Shown: positions 55,462-64,000, counted from the stretch's first letter. The stretch: DNA of 64,000 bases from a virus (IMGVR_UViG_3300028588_000015:96001-160000), one strand, 5' to 3'. Numbers and translations: made by a program. Notes: generated by a model from the sequence alone, not told the origin.

Positions 55462-57765
55462 ATGGATAACCGATACCGGTTGTATCTCGATGCCGCAAAC
55501 ACCTTGGCGGAAACAATTGTAATCAAATCCGCCGCAGCGGCAGCGTCGATTAACCAGCGGGTTGTCGAAGAATATGGACCGATCGCCGTCCGTGACGAAG
55601 ACCCGAATAACTGGAAGTACTACATGAATCTGGCCGGTGAGTACCACCCGACTAATGAAGTCATGACAGTCGTATCAATGGATACACAAACGAGCATTGT
55701 GTTTTCTAAAGAGAACTTGGCGATCCACCGCGCGACGGCGCGCAGCTATGCGTACGGTACGCGGCAATACACAGAACTGGTGGCCAAGTACCCGACGCAG
55801 GAAACGTTGATTCTTGGCATTCTGTATCCCGTGGACAAAACCACAGCGATCGAAGCCCCGGATGGCACGATCCTCGGTTTTCCGCCGGGCCTGGTGGAAC
55901 CCAACGAATACAATTTTGTCTCCAAATTGCAAGCATGGATCTGGGGCTACATCTACCGCTGGGTGGTAAAAGGGTTCACTGTCACCGATTCCCTGTACAC
56001 CGCGACTTGGATGGGGATCATGTACGTCAACATGGTTCCGGCGATCTTGACTATCCGGTTGGCGGCTTGCAAAACAAACGAAGCGCATAGCTTCCATGTC
56101 AAGAAGTATTTGGCCAGCCACGGCCTGAACGAAAACCATTTGGAGTACTTGAATTTGGAGCAATCCTTGTGGTTGTACCGAAACATTGAGTACTTGCAGC
56201 GCAATCTCGGCAAGCAAGAAAACTTCGAGCTGCTGATGCAGCAGCTCATGACAAAGCGCAATCTACCGCTGGCTGAATACACCATGCGGCACGATGTACA
56301 ATTAATGCCGACTGAGATTTATCCCACAGTGGCGTTCCGCAAAAAGACACTGAATGTGGAAACGGTGGATTTGATTCCGACGTTTTTGACGCTCGATAAG
56401 TTGCTCGACAAACAAGATCAATTTGCCCGGGCTAACAAGACGATTAAAGAAGATGTGGCGCCCGTCATCAAGGAAATCATGGAGAACGCCAACTCCAATG
56501 TCTTGATGACCAAGTTCTTGGAATCAACCGTGGTGGACTATGGCGACAATACGCCGTACACCATGTACAACGTGCTGATACATCACTGGCTGCACTTAGC
56601 GACCCAAGGTCTCTACGGCGCGTTCATTACCGTGACCAACCCCCGCACGGGTGAGCGGTTCCCGTTGAACGCGCTCGATGCGTTTACCCTATCGTGGTAT
56701 GCCTTTTGGGCTGCACGAGACTATGTACTGGACGAAGTGCCGCACGTCATTGCACGACGTGTACAGCGTATCCCCACTCCATCGGTGGACGATTTATTGT
56801 CCGTGGTGGATAAAACGCTTGTGTCCCGCGAGGATGCAGTGGAAGCCTTGTCGAGACAGCCTGCATTTACACCGATCATCTCGACGGAAGCTTTCTACGC
56901 CAAATGCTTGGAAATTTACCACGCTGAACAGCACCAGCGTGGCTTGGTGTCCTACCAAGAGCATAAAGAAAAACACGCCATGATGCAAAACATGATCGCG
57001 CGCATTTACAGCGACAGCGAGTGTGTGTTGGCACCGAGCGGCGCCGACTACAGTACGTGGTTGGGTCAGCGCAACATCGACCTGAGTAATTTCGCATCCG
57101 CTGACTTCGCTCAGATGTATGAAGCGATTGTGCTCGATGCGACGGGCCTGTCTTTGATCGCCAAAGTTTCCATCAAAGACATCCAGCGCGCGATGGTGGG
57201 TTTGATGACGGGCTTGTCCAGCTACAGTATTCAAATCAACGCCGAAGTCAATGGCAGCGATTTGATGGTCAGCGATACACCCGCTATCCGGTGGGGCGAC
57301 ATTGACCAACATGGTAAAGACTTGGTACCTTTGCAAGAAGAAATTGCCGTGTTCAGTGGCGCGCCAACGCGCGGCAAGAACACGGAGCAGTACGACATCA
57401 ACCTGCCGCAAAATACAAATGTCACCGAAGTCAACAACCATGTCGGCACCATTAACTACGATATTGGCCTACCGCTTGTACTGGCGGACCGGGCGTGGAA
57501 AATGCACGTGGTTTACCCGATCGCAGACGTACGCTTTACACTAGGGGTGCCGGTGCTTGAAAACAACTTGGGCGTCATCGCGGTACCAGGTATCCCTGAA
57601 TGGTTGGCGTTGCCACCCGACCAACGTATCGATATCATCGACATGTACGATACCGGCTTGCCGCCGGTCATGCCAACGCCGGACGATGATCCGGACGACC
57701 TCGCCAATGTGATAAGTCAAAACGTACTGAGCGGTCTGCACTATGGCCCTGAACAACTCCCTTAA
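55462..57765 (+). CDS. Virion structural protein (phiKZ gp128-like)
   Basis: 767 aa; WKYYMNLAGEYHP, YPTQETLILGILYP, LYRNIEYL..NLGKQ; head-to-head with portal. Confidence 0.7.
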   Translation: MDNRYRLYLDAANTLAETIVIKSAAAAASINQRVVEEYGPIAVRDEDPNNWKYYMNLAGEYHPTNEVMTVVSMDTQTSIVFSKENLAIHRATARSYAYGTRQYTELVAKYPTQETLILGILYPVDKTTAIEAPDGTILGFPPGLVEPNEYNFVSKLQAWIWGYIYRWVVKGFTVTDSLYTATWMGIMYVNMVPAILTIRLAACKTNEAHSFHVKKYLASHGLNENHLEYLNLEQSLWLYRNIEYLQRNLGKQENFELLMQQLMTKRNLPLAEYTMRHDVQLMPTEIYPTVAFRKKTLNVETVDLIPTFLTLDKLLDKQDQFARANKTIKEDVAPVIKEIMENANSNVLMTKFLESTVVDYGDNTPYTMYNVLIHHWLHLATQGLYGAFITVTNPRTGERFPLNALDAFTLSWYAFWAARDYVLDEVPHVIARRVQRIPTPSVDDLLSVVDKTLVSREDAVEALSRQPAFTPIISTEAFYAKCLEIYHAEQHQRGLVSYQEHKEKHAMMQNMIARIYSDSECVLAPSGADYSTWLGQRNIDLSNFASADFAQMYEAIVLDATGLSLIAKVSIKDIQRAMVGLMTGLSSYSIQINAEVNGSDLMVSDTPAIRWGDIDQHGKDLVPLQEEIAVFSGAPTRGKNTEQYDINLPQNTNVTEVNNHVGTINYDIGLPLVLADRAWKMHVVYPIADVRFTLGVPVLENNLGVIAVPGIPEWLALPPDQRIDIIDMYDTGLPPVMPTPDDDPDDLANVISQNVLSGLHYGPEQLP

Positions 57766-57847
57766 ACCACACGTGGAATAAAACATCATTTGTTTATTCT
57801 GTGATAGGCGTAGCAATACGCCTTTTAGCTATTGAAAAAGGAATACC

Positions 57848-58696
57848 ATGGAAGTCATTACCCGCACTGGTTACGGCGCGCACCTGCAAACTTGCATGAA
57901 GTTTCGTCGCCCCTACCCGATCTACACCAACACCACGCTCAACGAAAAGCTGAACATTCAGTCAGGCGTGAAACCGCCGGTGGGCGAATACCCGTACTGC
58001 GGTTATCTGGCAATCGGTAACGGTGGCCACAAAGTGGCACAGGGTGCGGACAACATGTCAGCCCCCGACCCGGTCGAACACATCGCCACCGACGCGGCGC
58101 CCTTCAAGATTCTGCCGTTCGTACTGCGCGAACAAACCGACGACCTGAGTGAACCGCAGCGGCGCAAGTACGCCCTGCGCCGGGAAGAAGAACACAACGG
58201 TGTGCGTTACTACGCCTACTACCTGATGCGGATGGACTTGAGTGCGCTCAATCCGACGCTGGAACTGGTGGTAGTCGATGGCGATACCAAAACCACATCG
58301 CCCTTCGTCCCCACCAGCGAAGTCCTGTCGCCTGTGCCGCAAGAACTGTCACCGACTGGCGTCAACACTGTCGATGGTGACTACCTGTCGGCCAGCGCCA
58401 AAGTGCCGATCGTGTTCACCGAAGACGACATGACCGAACTGCGCAATGTCGCCAAGGTGCTGTTCGGGGCGGACAAGTACGCGATCATTTCGGAACTGAT
58501 ACCGTGCTACGGTTACGACAAGATGGTCGATTCGCCAGCGCCGGGCAACACCACCATTCCTTTTAACGAAGCGATCGCAGTTCAAGTCGACTCGTTCATC
58601 AACACCTTTATCGCGGCCAAGTTTACCAAATCCGGTTTCGACATGTTGCTGGATGCTGGTACAAGTGAACCCTTGTTCAAGTTGACTGCACCGTAA
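57848..58696 (+). CDS. Virion structural protein (jumbo-phage conserved)
   Basis: NTTLNEK, YLAIGNGGH, PFVLRE..DDL...R.KYALR motifs. Confidence 0.65.
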   Translation: MEVITRTGYGAHLQTCMKFRRPYPIYTNTTLNEKLNIQSGVKPPVGEYPYCGYLAIGNGGHKVAQGADNMSAPDPVEHIATDAAPFKILPFVLREQTDDLSEPQRRKYALRREEEHNGVRYYAYYLMRMDLSALNPTLELVVVDGDTKTTSPFVPTSEVLSPVPQELSPTGVNTVDGDYLSASAKVPIVFTEDDMTELRNVAKVLFGADKYAIISELIPCYGYDKMVDSPAPGNTTIPFNEAIAVQVDSFINTFIAAKFTKSGFDMLLDAGTSEPLFKLTAP

Positions 58697-58712
58697 TAAA
58701 GAAAGGATCGCC

Positions 58713-59312
58713 ATGCTTTACATGCCAGAAACAGCATCGAGCACGGCGGTACTGATTGGCATCGACCCCGGCTCATCGAAGCTGGGGTTTTGTGTCATGA
58801 CGGTTAATGTGATCACGTGGGAAATCCTCTCCACCAACGCATTTACGATCGTCGGCGAGAAACTGATGAAGAAGGATGGTTTCTTAGGCCACATCCACGG
58901 CGAGCGTTTTTCCCGCATCGATGCCATAGGCCTGCGTCTCCTCGAACTCTTCAAATTGTATCAACCCAATTGGGTCGCCTCAGAATCGCCGTTCTTTAAC
59001 CCCAGTCGCCCGAACGCGTTCGAAGTGTTGGTTGAAGTGCTCTTCAAAATTCGTCAATCCCTCTGGCAATACGACCCGTGGGTGTCGCTGTACCGTATTG
59101 ACCCGCCTACCGTAAAGAATGGTGTGGGCGCCAAAGGGGGAAGTTCCAAAGACCCAGTCCGTGACGCTATTCTAGCGATGGCCCCGGAACTCAAATACAT
59201 CGGCAAGACGCCGCTCGACAAACTCGACAACAATGCCATCGACAGTATCGCGGTGGCCAAAACACGTCTCGAACTCTTAAGGGGAAACATATGTCCCAAG
59301 GTAAAGCGGTAG
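58713..59312 (+). CDS. ruvC: RuvC-like Holliday junction resolvase
   Basis: LIGIDPGSSKLG, ASESPF, DNNAIDSIAVA catalytic acidic motifs. Confidence 0.85.
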   Translation: MLYMPETASSTAVLIGIDPGSSKLGFCVMTVNVITWEILSTNAFTIVGEKLMKKDGFLGHIHGERFSRIDAIGLRLLELFKLYQPNWVASESPFFNPSRPNAFEVLVEVLFKIRQSLWQYDPWVSLYRIDPPTVKNGVGAKGGSSKDPVRDAILAMAPELKYIGKTPLDKLDNNAIDSIAVAKTRLELLRGNICPKVKR

Positions 59313-59794
59313 CATTACTCATTCTGGCGGCTATCCTGGCCATCGGTGGTTGGGTTATCTACGACCAATCCAGCAAGATCGCCGAGTTGAATGTCACCGT
59401 CAAAACGTACGAGAAGACGATCAACAGTCTGAACGACCAGATCGATCTCGACAAGAGTGGTGACGCAATCGACAATAAGGTCACGGCGGCGGCGGCGCAA
59501 GAGAACCAACAAATTCACACCTCAGCGGATGCACGCAAAAGCGTGACTGACAACAAAGAAGATGCCATCCGCAAGAAGTACGACAAGCTCGTGGCCGACG
59601 CAACCGCTCGCGCTCAAACAACCACACCGACTGTAACTGCGCTGCATGTGGCAACCGAAGTCGAATTGCTCCAACAACAAGCGGCGCAGGCAATCAGTGC
59701 CAATCGACTCGATGGCTTGTGGGAAGAATACTGCGCCACCAACGCGTCCAAAGACTGTCCGGTGACGCCCAACATAAAGGAAGAAACATCATGA
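59291..59794 (+). CDS. Putative i-spanin (Rz-like)
   Basis: Single N-terminal TM followed by coiled coil; overlaps lipoprotein gene. Confidence 0.6.
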   Translation: MSQGKAVALLILAAILAIGGWVIYDQSSKIAELNVTVKTYEKTINSLNDQIDLDKSGDAIDNKVTAAAAQENQQIHTSADARKSVTDNKEDAIRKKYDKLVADATARAQTTTPTVTALHVATEVELLQQQAAQAISANRLDGLWEEYCATNASKDCPVTPNIKEETS

Positions 59795-60099
59795 AGAAAA
59801 TCGTGACATTGCTGGTTGCTGCGCTGTTGGTAGGCTGCACGACCCCTGAAATCAAGATCGAGACGAAGTACATCTTCCGCGAAACACCGGCAGTGCTCTT
59901 GATCACTTATGACGGCGTCCCACCACCCAACAAAGAGCAGTATCTCGAACTGTCTTGCGATGCTCGGGAAAAGGTGTGGACTGACATCTATCGAGAACAG
60001 AACACAGTCAACACCCTGTACCGTAACCAAACGCTCAACCAGATCGAATGGAACAAACAACAGAAATCACTTTACGAAGAACACAAAGGGGTACCGTGA
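59791..60099 (+). CDS. Putative o-spanin lipoprotein (Rz1-like)
   Basis: MKKIVTLLVAALLVG-C lipobox; Pro-rich segment; ATGA overlap with i-spanin. Confidence 0.65.
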   Translation: MKKIVTLLVAALLVGCTTPEIKIETKYIFRETPAVLLITYDGVPPPNKEQYLELSCDAREKVWTDIYREQNTVNTLYRNQTLNQIEWNKQQKSLYEEHKGVP

Positions 60100-60563
60100 T
60101 GTCGCTCATGGAAGACATCCTCCACCGCGTGGATGACCGAGAACGCGTGATCGAGCGAATGGAGCGCTCGCCCGCGCTCAAGCAGCTGGTGGAAGATTAC
60201 CAGAAGTACACGCGGGACGACGCAACGTTGCACAACATCACCATGTTCACCACAGGTGCCGATTTGAAGATGGCAATTCGGCGCTTGGAACCTGACACCC
60301 AGTTGACGCTGCTCAAGAAGTACAGCGATACCATTCGTGGTGTGGTGCACGGCGAACCCTTGGGTCAAGTAGAAGAACGTCGCACTCGGCACTGGCTGAT
60401 TAAACTCTTCGGTGTGGTTGCATCGTCTATCCTACTGATCATGGTAACCGCCGTGGTGTCGGCAATGTTTCGGACCAACACTACTGCCAACACAAGTGTG
60501 ACCACCTCCATTTTTTCAACAATAGGAGAGATCGTTAAGTTGATCCTCCTCGGTACCAAGTAA
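60099..60563 (+). CDS. Membrane protein with C-terminal TM (possible lysis-associated)
   Basis: LFGVVASSILLIMVTAVVSAMF TM; coupled to spanin gene. Confidence 0.6.
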   Translation: MSLMEDILHRVDDRERVIERMERSPALKQLVEDYQKYTRDDATLHNITMFTTGADLKMAIRRLEPDTQLTLLKKYSDTIRGVVHGEPLGQVEERRTRHWLIKLFGVVASSILLIMVTAVVSAMFRTNTTANTSVTTSIFSTIGEIVKLILLGTK

Positions 60564-60578
60564 ACCCAAGGATTTCTT

Positions 60579-61211
60579 ATGTTACATAACCTTTCCCGGG
60601 AATTGCGCCTCGCCCTCGAAGACGTCGCGGACGGTAAGGCCCACCTCGAACAAGAGCACGTCCTCTACGCACGCTGCGTGGACTTCGCGTTCTTGAAAAA
60701 CGCGTCTAAGATGGAACACCACGAACAGTGGGAACTGAAGTATCCCAAAACCGAAGAGAACGCTGGTTCGATGCGGATTCGCGCCCGGAAGACAGTCAGG
60801 CCCGGCCTCGACCCGGAATACACCCAGACGTCGAAAACGATCGATCCCGAGACCAAGGGTAACAACGAAGTGACGTTGCCGATCACGGAAGCCCTGTTCC
60901 AACAATTCCGCATCGGCTCGACCAACGGCATGCGCAAGGACCGCTACTTCTTCCCGGTGGACGACGACAGTGGCCTGGTGTACGAAGTCGACATGTTCCT
61001 GAAACATGGCACCCAAGCCGGGGCGGAACAGTACTACGAGTGGTGCAAGATCGATCTTGAGGTCAACGACATGACGACGGCACTGCCGCCGCTGCCGCAA
61101 GGCTTCACGGACATCATTTCGGCACCGTTCGGCAAGCGCACGGACGCTGAAGAAGCCCGCGTCACGGCGCTGTACCATAACGAGTTCACTGCCAAGAACA
61201 TGTTCCTGTAA
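60579..61211 (+). CDS. CYTH-like triphosphate-tunnel protein with N-terminal LRLALE motif
   Basis: LEQEH (ExE), MRIRARK, TSK, KDRYFF, YEVDMF, IDLEV. Confidence 0.7.
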   Translation: MLHNLSRELRLALEDVADGKAHLEQEHVLYARCVDFAFLKNASKMEHHEQWELKYPKTEENAGSMRIRARKTVRPGLDPEYTQTSKTIDPETKGNNEVTLPITEALFQQFRIGSTNGMRKDRYFFPVDDDSGLVYEVDMFLKHGTQAGAEQYYEWCKIDLEVNDMTTALPPLPQGFTDIISAPFGKRTDAEEARVTALYHNEFTAKNMFL

Positions 61212-61220
61212 GGATAATAA

Positions 61221-61251
61221 AGGCCACCCACTACGGGTGGCCTTTATGACG
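61221..61251 (+). terminator. Terminator with TTTATG tail
   Basis: AGGCCACCC-ACTAC-GGGTGGCCT then TTATGACG. Confidence 0.8.
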
Positions 61252-61263
61252 GATTCAAAAAAA

Positions 61264-61279
61264 CTATGGTCACATATAC
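61264..61279 (+). promoter_or_regulatory. Putative phage promoter motif copy
   Basis: CTATGGTCACATATAC after terminator and A-run. Confidence 0.5.
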
Positions 61280-61340
61280 TTAGAAGGAATAAGAGCTGAT
61301 ACCTCTTTCCCATACCCCATTCTTAAGGAGAATAGCAACT

Positions 61341-61688
61341 ATGGCAAACACTATCAACCAAGCCGCTGTTACCGTCGCCAATCTGCTCGACGGTCTTCCT
61401 TGGGTGGATTCGATCGACTTCCTGACGGATGCCGAAGCCGCTGCTGACTACGTCAACATGCGCTCGGACGACGCCGCGAAGTTCGTCCAATCGATCGATT
61501 GGAAGAGTGCCTCGCATGACTGCGAAGTGACGAAAATTTACGGTGTTACCATCGTAAAACACGTCACCGAATCAGCTGGTCGCGTGTGGGGGCAACTGTT
61601 CAAGTACAAGGGTCTCGATGTCGTCGAGGAAAAGACCTTCGGGACTTTCGAGCAGTTTGTCGCCTACATGCTGGCCAGGTACTGGTAA
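61341..61688 (+). CDS. Paralog family D member (C-module only)
   Basis: KIYGVTIVKH...GRVWGQLF...FGTFEQFVAYMLARYW. Confidence 0.8.
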   Translation: MANTINQAAVTVANLLDGLPWVDSIDFLTDAEAAADYVNMRSDDAAKFVQSIDWKSASHDCEVTKIYGVTIVKHVTESAGRVWGQLFKYKGLDVVEEKTFGTFEQFVAYMLARYW

Positions 61689-61760
61689 GCAGTGCGAAGG
61701 AGGGGTGGCGCCCCTCCATTTCATCAATCAGGTTAACTAGCTTCTATGGAGAAACAAAAA

Positions 61761-62369
61761 ATGAACAACTACACCAACGACCACTTCATGACCCTGGAAC
61801 AAGTTCTGGGTAACGCAATCGCTAAGACTTGCTACGCTTACGATTACGAAGAACTGCGTTTCAATTGCCAAGACAAGTATCGTCGCGATGGCGCCGGCCC
61901 GCTGCGCGCTTACCGCTTGTCGTGCAACTACGCCCTGGCTTTGGATGAAGCCATTAAAACTCATCCGGAATTGCGTGACGAAGCCTATCACGCATGCAGT
62001 GGTTCGGACGTTGCTAAACTCGGCATGCGGGTGATCCAGCACGTGCCGGTCGACCGTAGCAGGGTCAATGCTTACGTCGAACTGCTGGAGCGCGTGTCCA
62101 ATACGAACATGGACCGCGCGCTGGACGACGATCGCATCATGGCCAAGCACAACGAAGCACTGGCCGAGTTGTCGAAGGCACGTGAATCGCATCCGATCTA
62201 CTTCTTGATCGGCGCGCTGTACAGCATGGTGCACTATGAAACCACCATCTGGAAACCGTCCCCGCACGGCAGCCGTACGCACGACCAAATCCAGCCGACC
62301 TTGGGTCGCCGCCTGCTGGATGAACTGCGCGTCCTGTGCGGACACGCATCGCGGCCTCTCGCTGCGTAA
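61761..62369 (+). CDS. Hypothetical protein
   Basis: ATG at 61761 after GGAG; 202 aa. Confidence 0.75.
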   Translation: MNNYTNDHFMTLEQVLGNAIAKTCYAYDYEELRFNCQDKYRRDGAGPLRAYRLSCNYALALDEAIKTHPELRDEAYHACSGSDVAKLGMRVIQHVPVDRSRVNAYVELLERVSNTNMDRALDDDRIMAKHNEALAELSKARESHPIYFLIGALYSMVHYETTIWKPSPHGSRTHDQIQPTLGRRLLDELRVLCGHASRPLAA

Positions 62370-62430
62370 TACGTTGTGACCCAAGGGGAGGGGGTGAGTC
62401 CTCCCCAATAGTAGCTATGGAGAAACAGAA

Positions 62431-62598
62431 ATGAACAATGAAGAAAACAAAGAAGTGTCCGAAGAAAAGGTAAGTGTTGTTACTTATCAACACCGCTGTG
62501 GATACTGTGGCTCCACCGAGCCCTTGATTCCATACGAGCAGATGTTCGGCCCCGGTGCCATGGGGTGGGACTGCTGCCCTGACTGTGGTGGTGTTTAA
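62431..62598 (+). CDS. Small Zn-ribbon protein (55 aa), absent from ORF track
   Basis: CGYCG...CPDCG; leader nearly identical to that of the 61761 gene. Confidence 0.7.
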   Translation: MNNEENKEVSEEKVSVVTYQHRCGYCGSTEPLIPYEQMFGPGAMGWDCCPDCGGV

Positions 62599-62689
62599 TA
62601 ACTGATAACCAAGGGTTTATCGGCGAGGGCACTGCGCCCTCCTCGATGCATCTTTGCATCATTAACAAACTAAAAGGAAAATTGTAACT

Positions 62690-63412
62690 ATGAGTACAAA
62701 TATCAGCGAACAAACCCGTCGCAACATGATCGACCTCCTCGCCGTCATGCCCGGTGTGCTCACTAAAGATATTCCCGCTCACATGCACAGCATAGTAACG
62801 ACGCCGGGGTTCGATGAAGGCACCTATCGTCGCAACATCAACCTCAGCGATTGGACGCTCAGTCGTCACAATCGACAAATGGAAACCGATGTTCGCGACT
62901 GGTGGATCATGGGAGACCGCATGGGTGACTCGGCCGCCACGACTCTCGACATGTTCGTGCACTTCGAAGACGACACCTACAGCCAGCGCGTGATCGGCAG
63001 CGATGTCAATACGAATCGCATCTTGTGCCGCGATGGCAAGGTGTACCAGCTGGGCCGCCGCTTGGTGGCGCCGATCGAAGTTGCAGTCACGCGCGAGAAG
63101 CCTTTCGGTTTGCCGGTTGGCGCCGATCTGCTCGCAAGTAATGCATTGCTCGCCAAGAAGTACGTGGAACGTCGTCACCAAGAAGCCATGCAGTTCTTTA
63201 AGAGCCTGTCGTGGACCCCGTGGGCTTACTGTGGGTTCTCGGTCATGGCCGAAGTCTACGGCGTGCGCATCGTGCATGAGATGCAAGAAGGTTCGCTGCA
63301 TGCCGGCAAGACCTGGGGTGAACTGTTCTTCTTGAATGACAAGGACCGTGAACCGATCATCTTCCAGACGTTTGAGAATTTCCTCGCCTATATGCTGGCG
63401 AAAAACTGGTAA
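62690..63412 (+). CDS. Paralog family D member (N-module + C-module fusion)
   Basis: NRILCRDGKVYQLGRR shared with 63467; EVYGVRIVH...GKTWGELF...FQTFENFLAYMLAKNW shared with 61341. Confidence 0.8.
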   Translation: MSTNISEQTRRNMIDLLAVMPGVLTKDIPAHMHSIVTTPGFDEGTYRRNINLSDWTLSRHNRQMETDVRDWWIMGDRMGDSAATTLDMFVHFEDDTYSQRVIGSDVNTNRILCRDGKVYQLGRRLVAPIEVAVTREKPFGLPVGADLLASNALLAKKYVERRHQEAMQFFKSLSWTPWAYCGFSVMAEVYGVRIVHEMQEGSLHAGKTWGELFFLNDKDREPIIFQTFENFLAYMLAKNW

Positions 63413-63466
63413 CACAAACCCGAGGGCTACGGCCCTCCTTTTTTGATTATTTCTTATGGAGATCAC

Positions 63467-63925
63467 ATGGGTACCATGGATACGCACATTATGAAGGAAG
63501 AACAAAAGCGCATGATGGTCGACATCATCCGCGTCTACAAACATCACTCGGCAGCTGACGCCGAGTATTGGGGTGGCCTGCTGGTCGCCATTCCGGGCTT
63601 CAGCCTGTACTACTACCGTACCCATTTGCAGCTGGGCGAGCGCAGCATCTACCGCACCAATGCCCGTGCGGAAAACAAGCAGATGGACAAGATCATGCCG
63701 GTGGACTGGTACATCCCGAACCTGACCGAGGAGGTACGGATGGAGTACCTCCTCGACCGGCGCATATATTTGGTCGACGGTATTGTGACCGAACCCATTC
63801 TCGGCGTGGATGTATTGTTCAACCGCATTCTGTGCGGCGGCGGACAGGTGTATGAACTGCGCCGCCGCGTCGACCCGCCTAAGAAAGTGCTGACGGCGGC
63901 TTTGCTGCAAAAGCCGAACTCGTAA
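63467..63925 (+). CDS. Paralog family D member (N-module only)
   Basis: ENKQMD...DWYI...ILGVDVLFNRILCGGGQVYELRRR. Confidence 0.75.
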   Translation: MGTMDTHIMKEEQKRMMVDIIRVYKHHSAADAEYWGGLLVAIPGFSLYYYRTHLQLGERSIYRTNARAENKQMDKIMPVDWYIPNLTEEVRMEYLLDRRIYLVDGIVTEPILGVDVLFNRILCGGGQVYELRRRVDPPKKVLTAALLQKPNS

Positions 63926-64000
63926 TTTTGAATCACTGAGCAGTCTTCATCTCAATTAGTAACAATAAATAAAGGAAAAGAAATCATGACCATCAACTTC

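Noticed and set aside
1-64000. tRNA genes, CRISPR arrays, IS/transposases, DGR repeats, stop-codon recoding
   Set aside because: No T-loop/cloverleaf, spaced direct repeats, transposase or RT motifs seen; genes end at TAA, TAG and TGA normally

Overview
This window is a segment of a phiKZ-related jumbo myophage genome (Chimalliviridae-like). The evidence is a conserved block read by eye: DnaB-like helicase (-), major capsid protein, non-virion RNA polymerase beta-type subunit, portal (-), two virion structural genes, RuvC, an i-/o-spanin pair and a CYTH protein. The dCTP deaminase resembles Burkholderiales Dcd, so a Ralstonia/Burkholderia-type host is inferred but not shown. Roughly 1-35 kb, 46.6-52.3 kb and 61.3-64 kb are accessory, with about 75 mostly + strand small ORFs and several tandem paralog families. 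The most striking unexplained element is an ORF-poor ~650-nt region (5925-6570). Its 5' and 3' ends form a long closing helix, it contains more than 10 hairpins and it ends in a UUCG terminator, so it is a candidate large ornate ncRNA. It lies directly downstream of a Tad1-like anti-Thoeris sponge gene and a QueC-like gene. Other notable items: an orphan HigA-like antitoxin; two proteins with RNAP alpha-CTD-like domains; three unlinked small proteins (two recognisable enzymes) sharing an N-terminal LR(L/M)ALE motif, a candidate head-protease site; a BCS1-like AAA ATPase; a recurrent promoter-like motif (TAC-N3-CACATAT-N-AC); and a TTTATGC(C) tail on terminators. No tRNA, rRNA, CRISPR array or transposon was seen. 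All family assignments are by-eye motif recognition; no database searches or folding programs were run.
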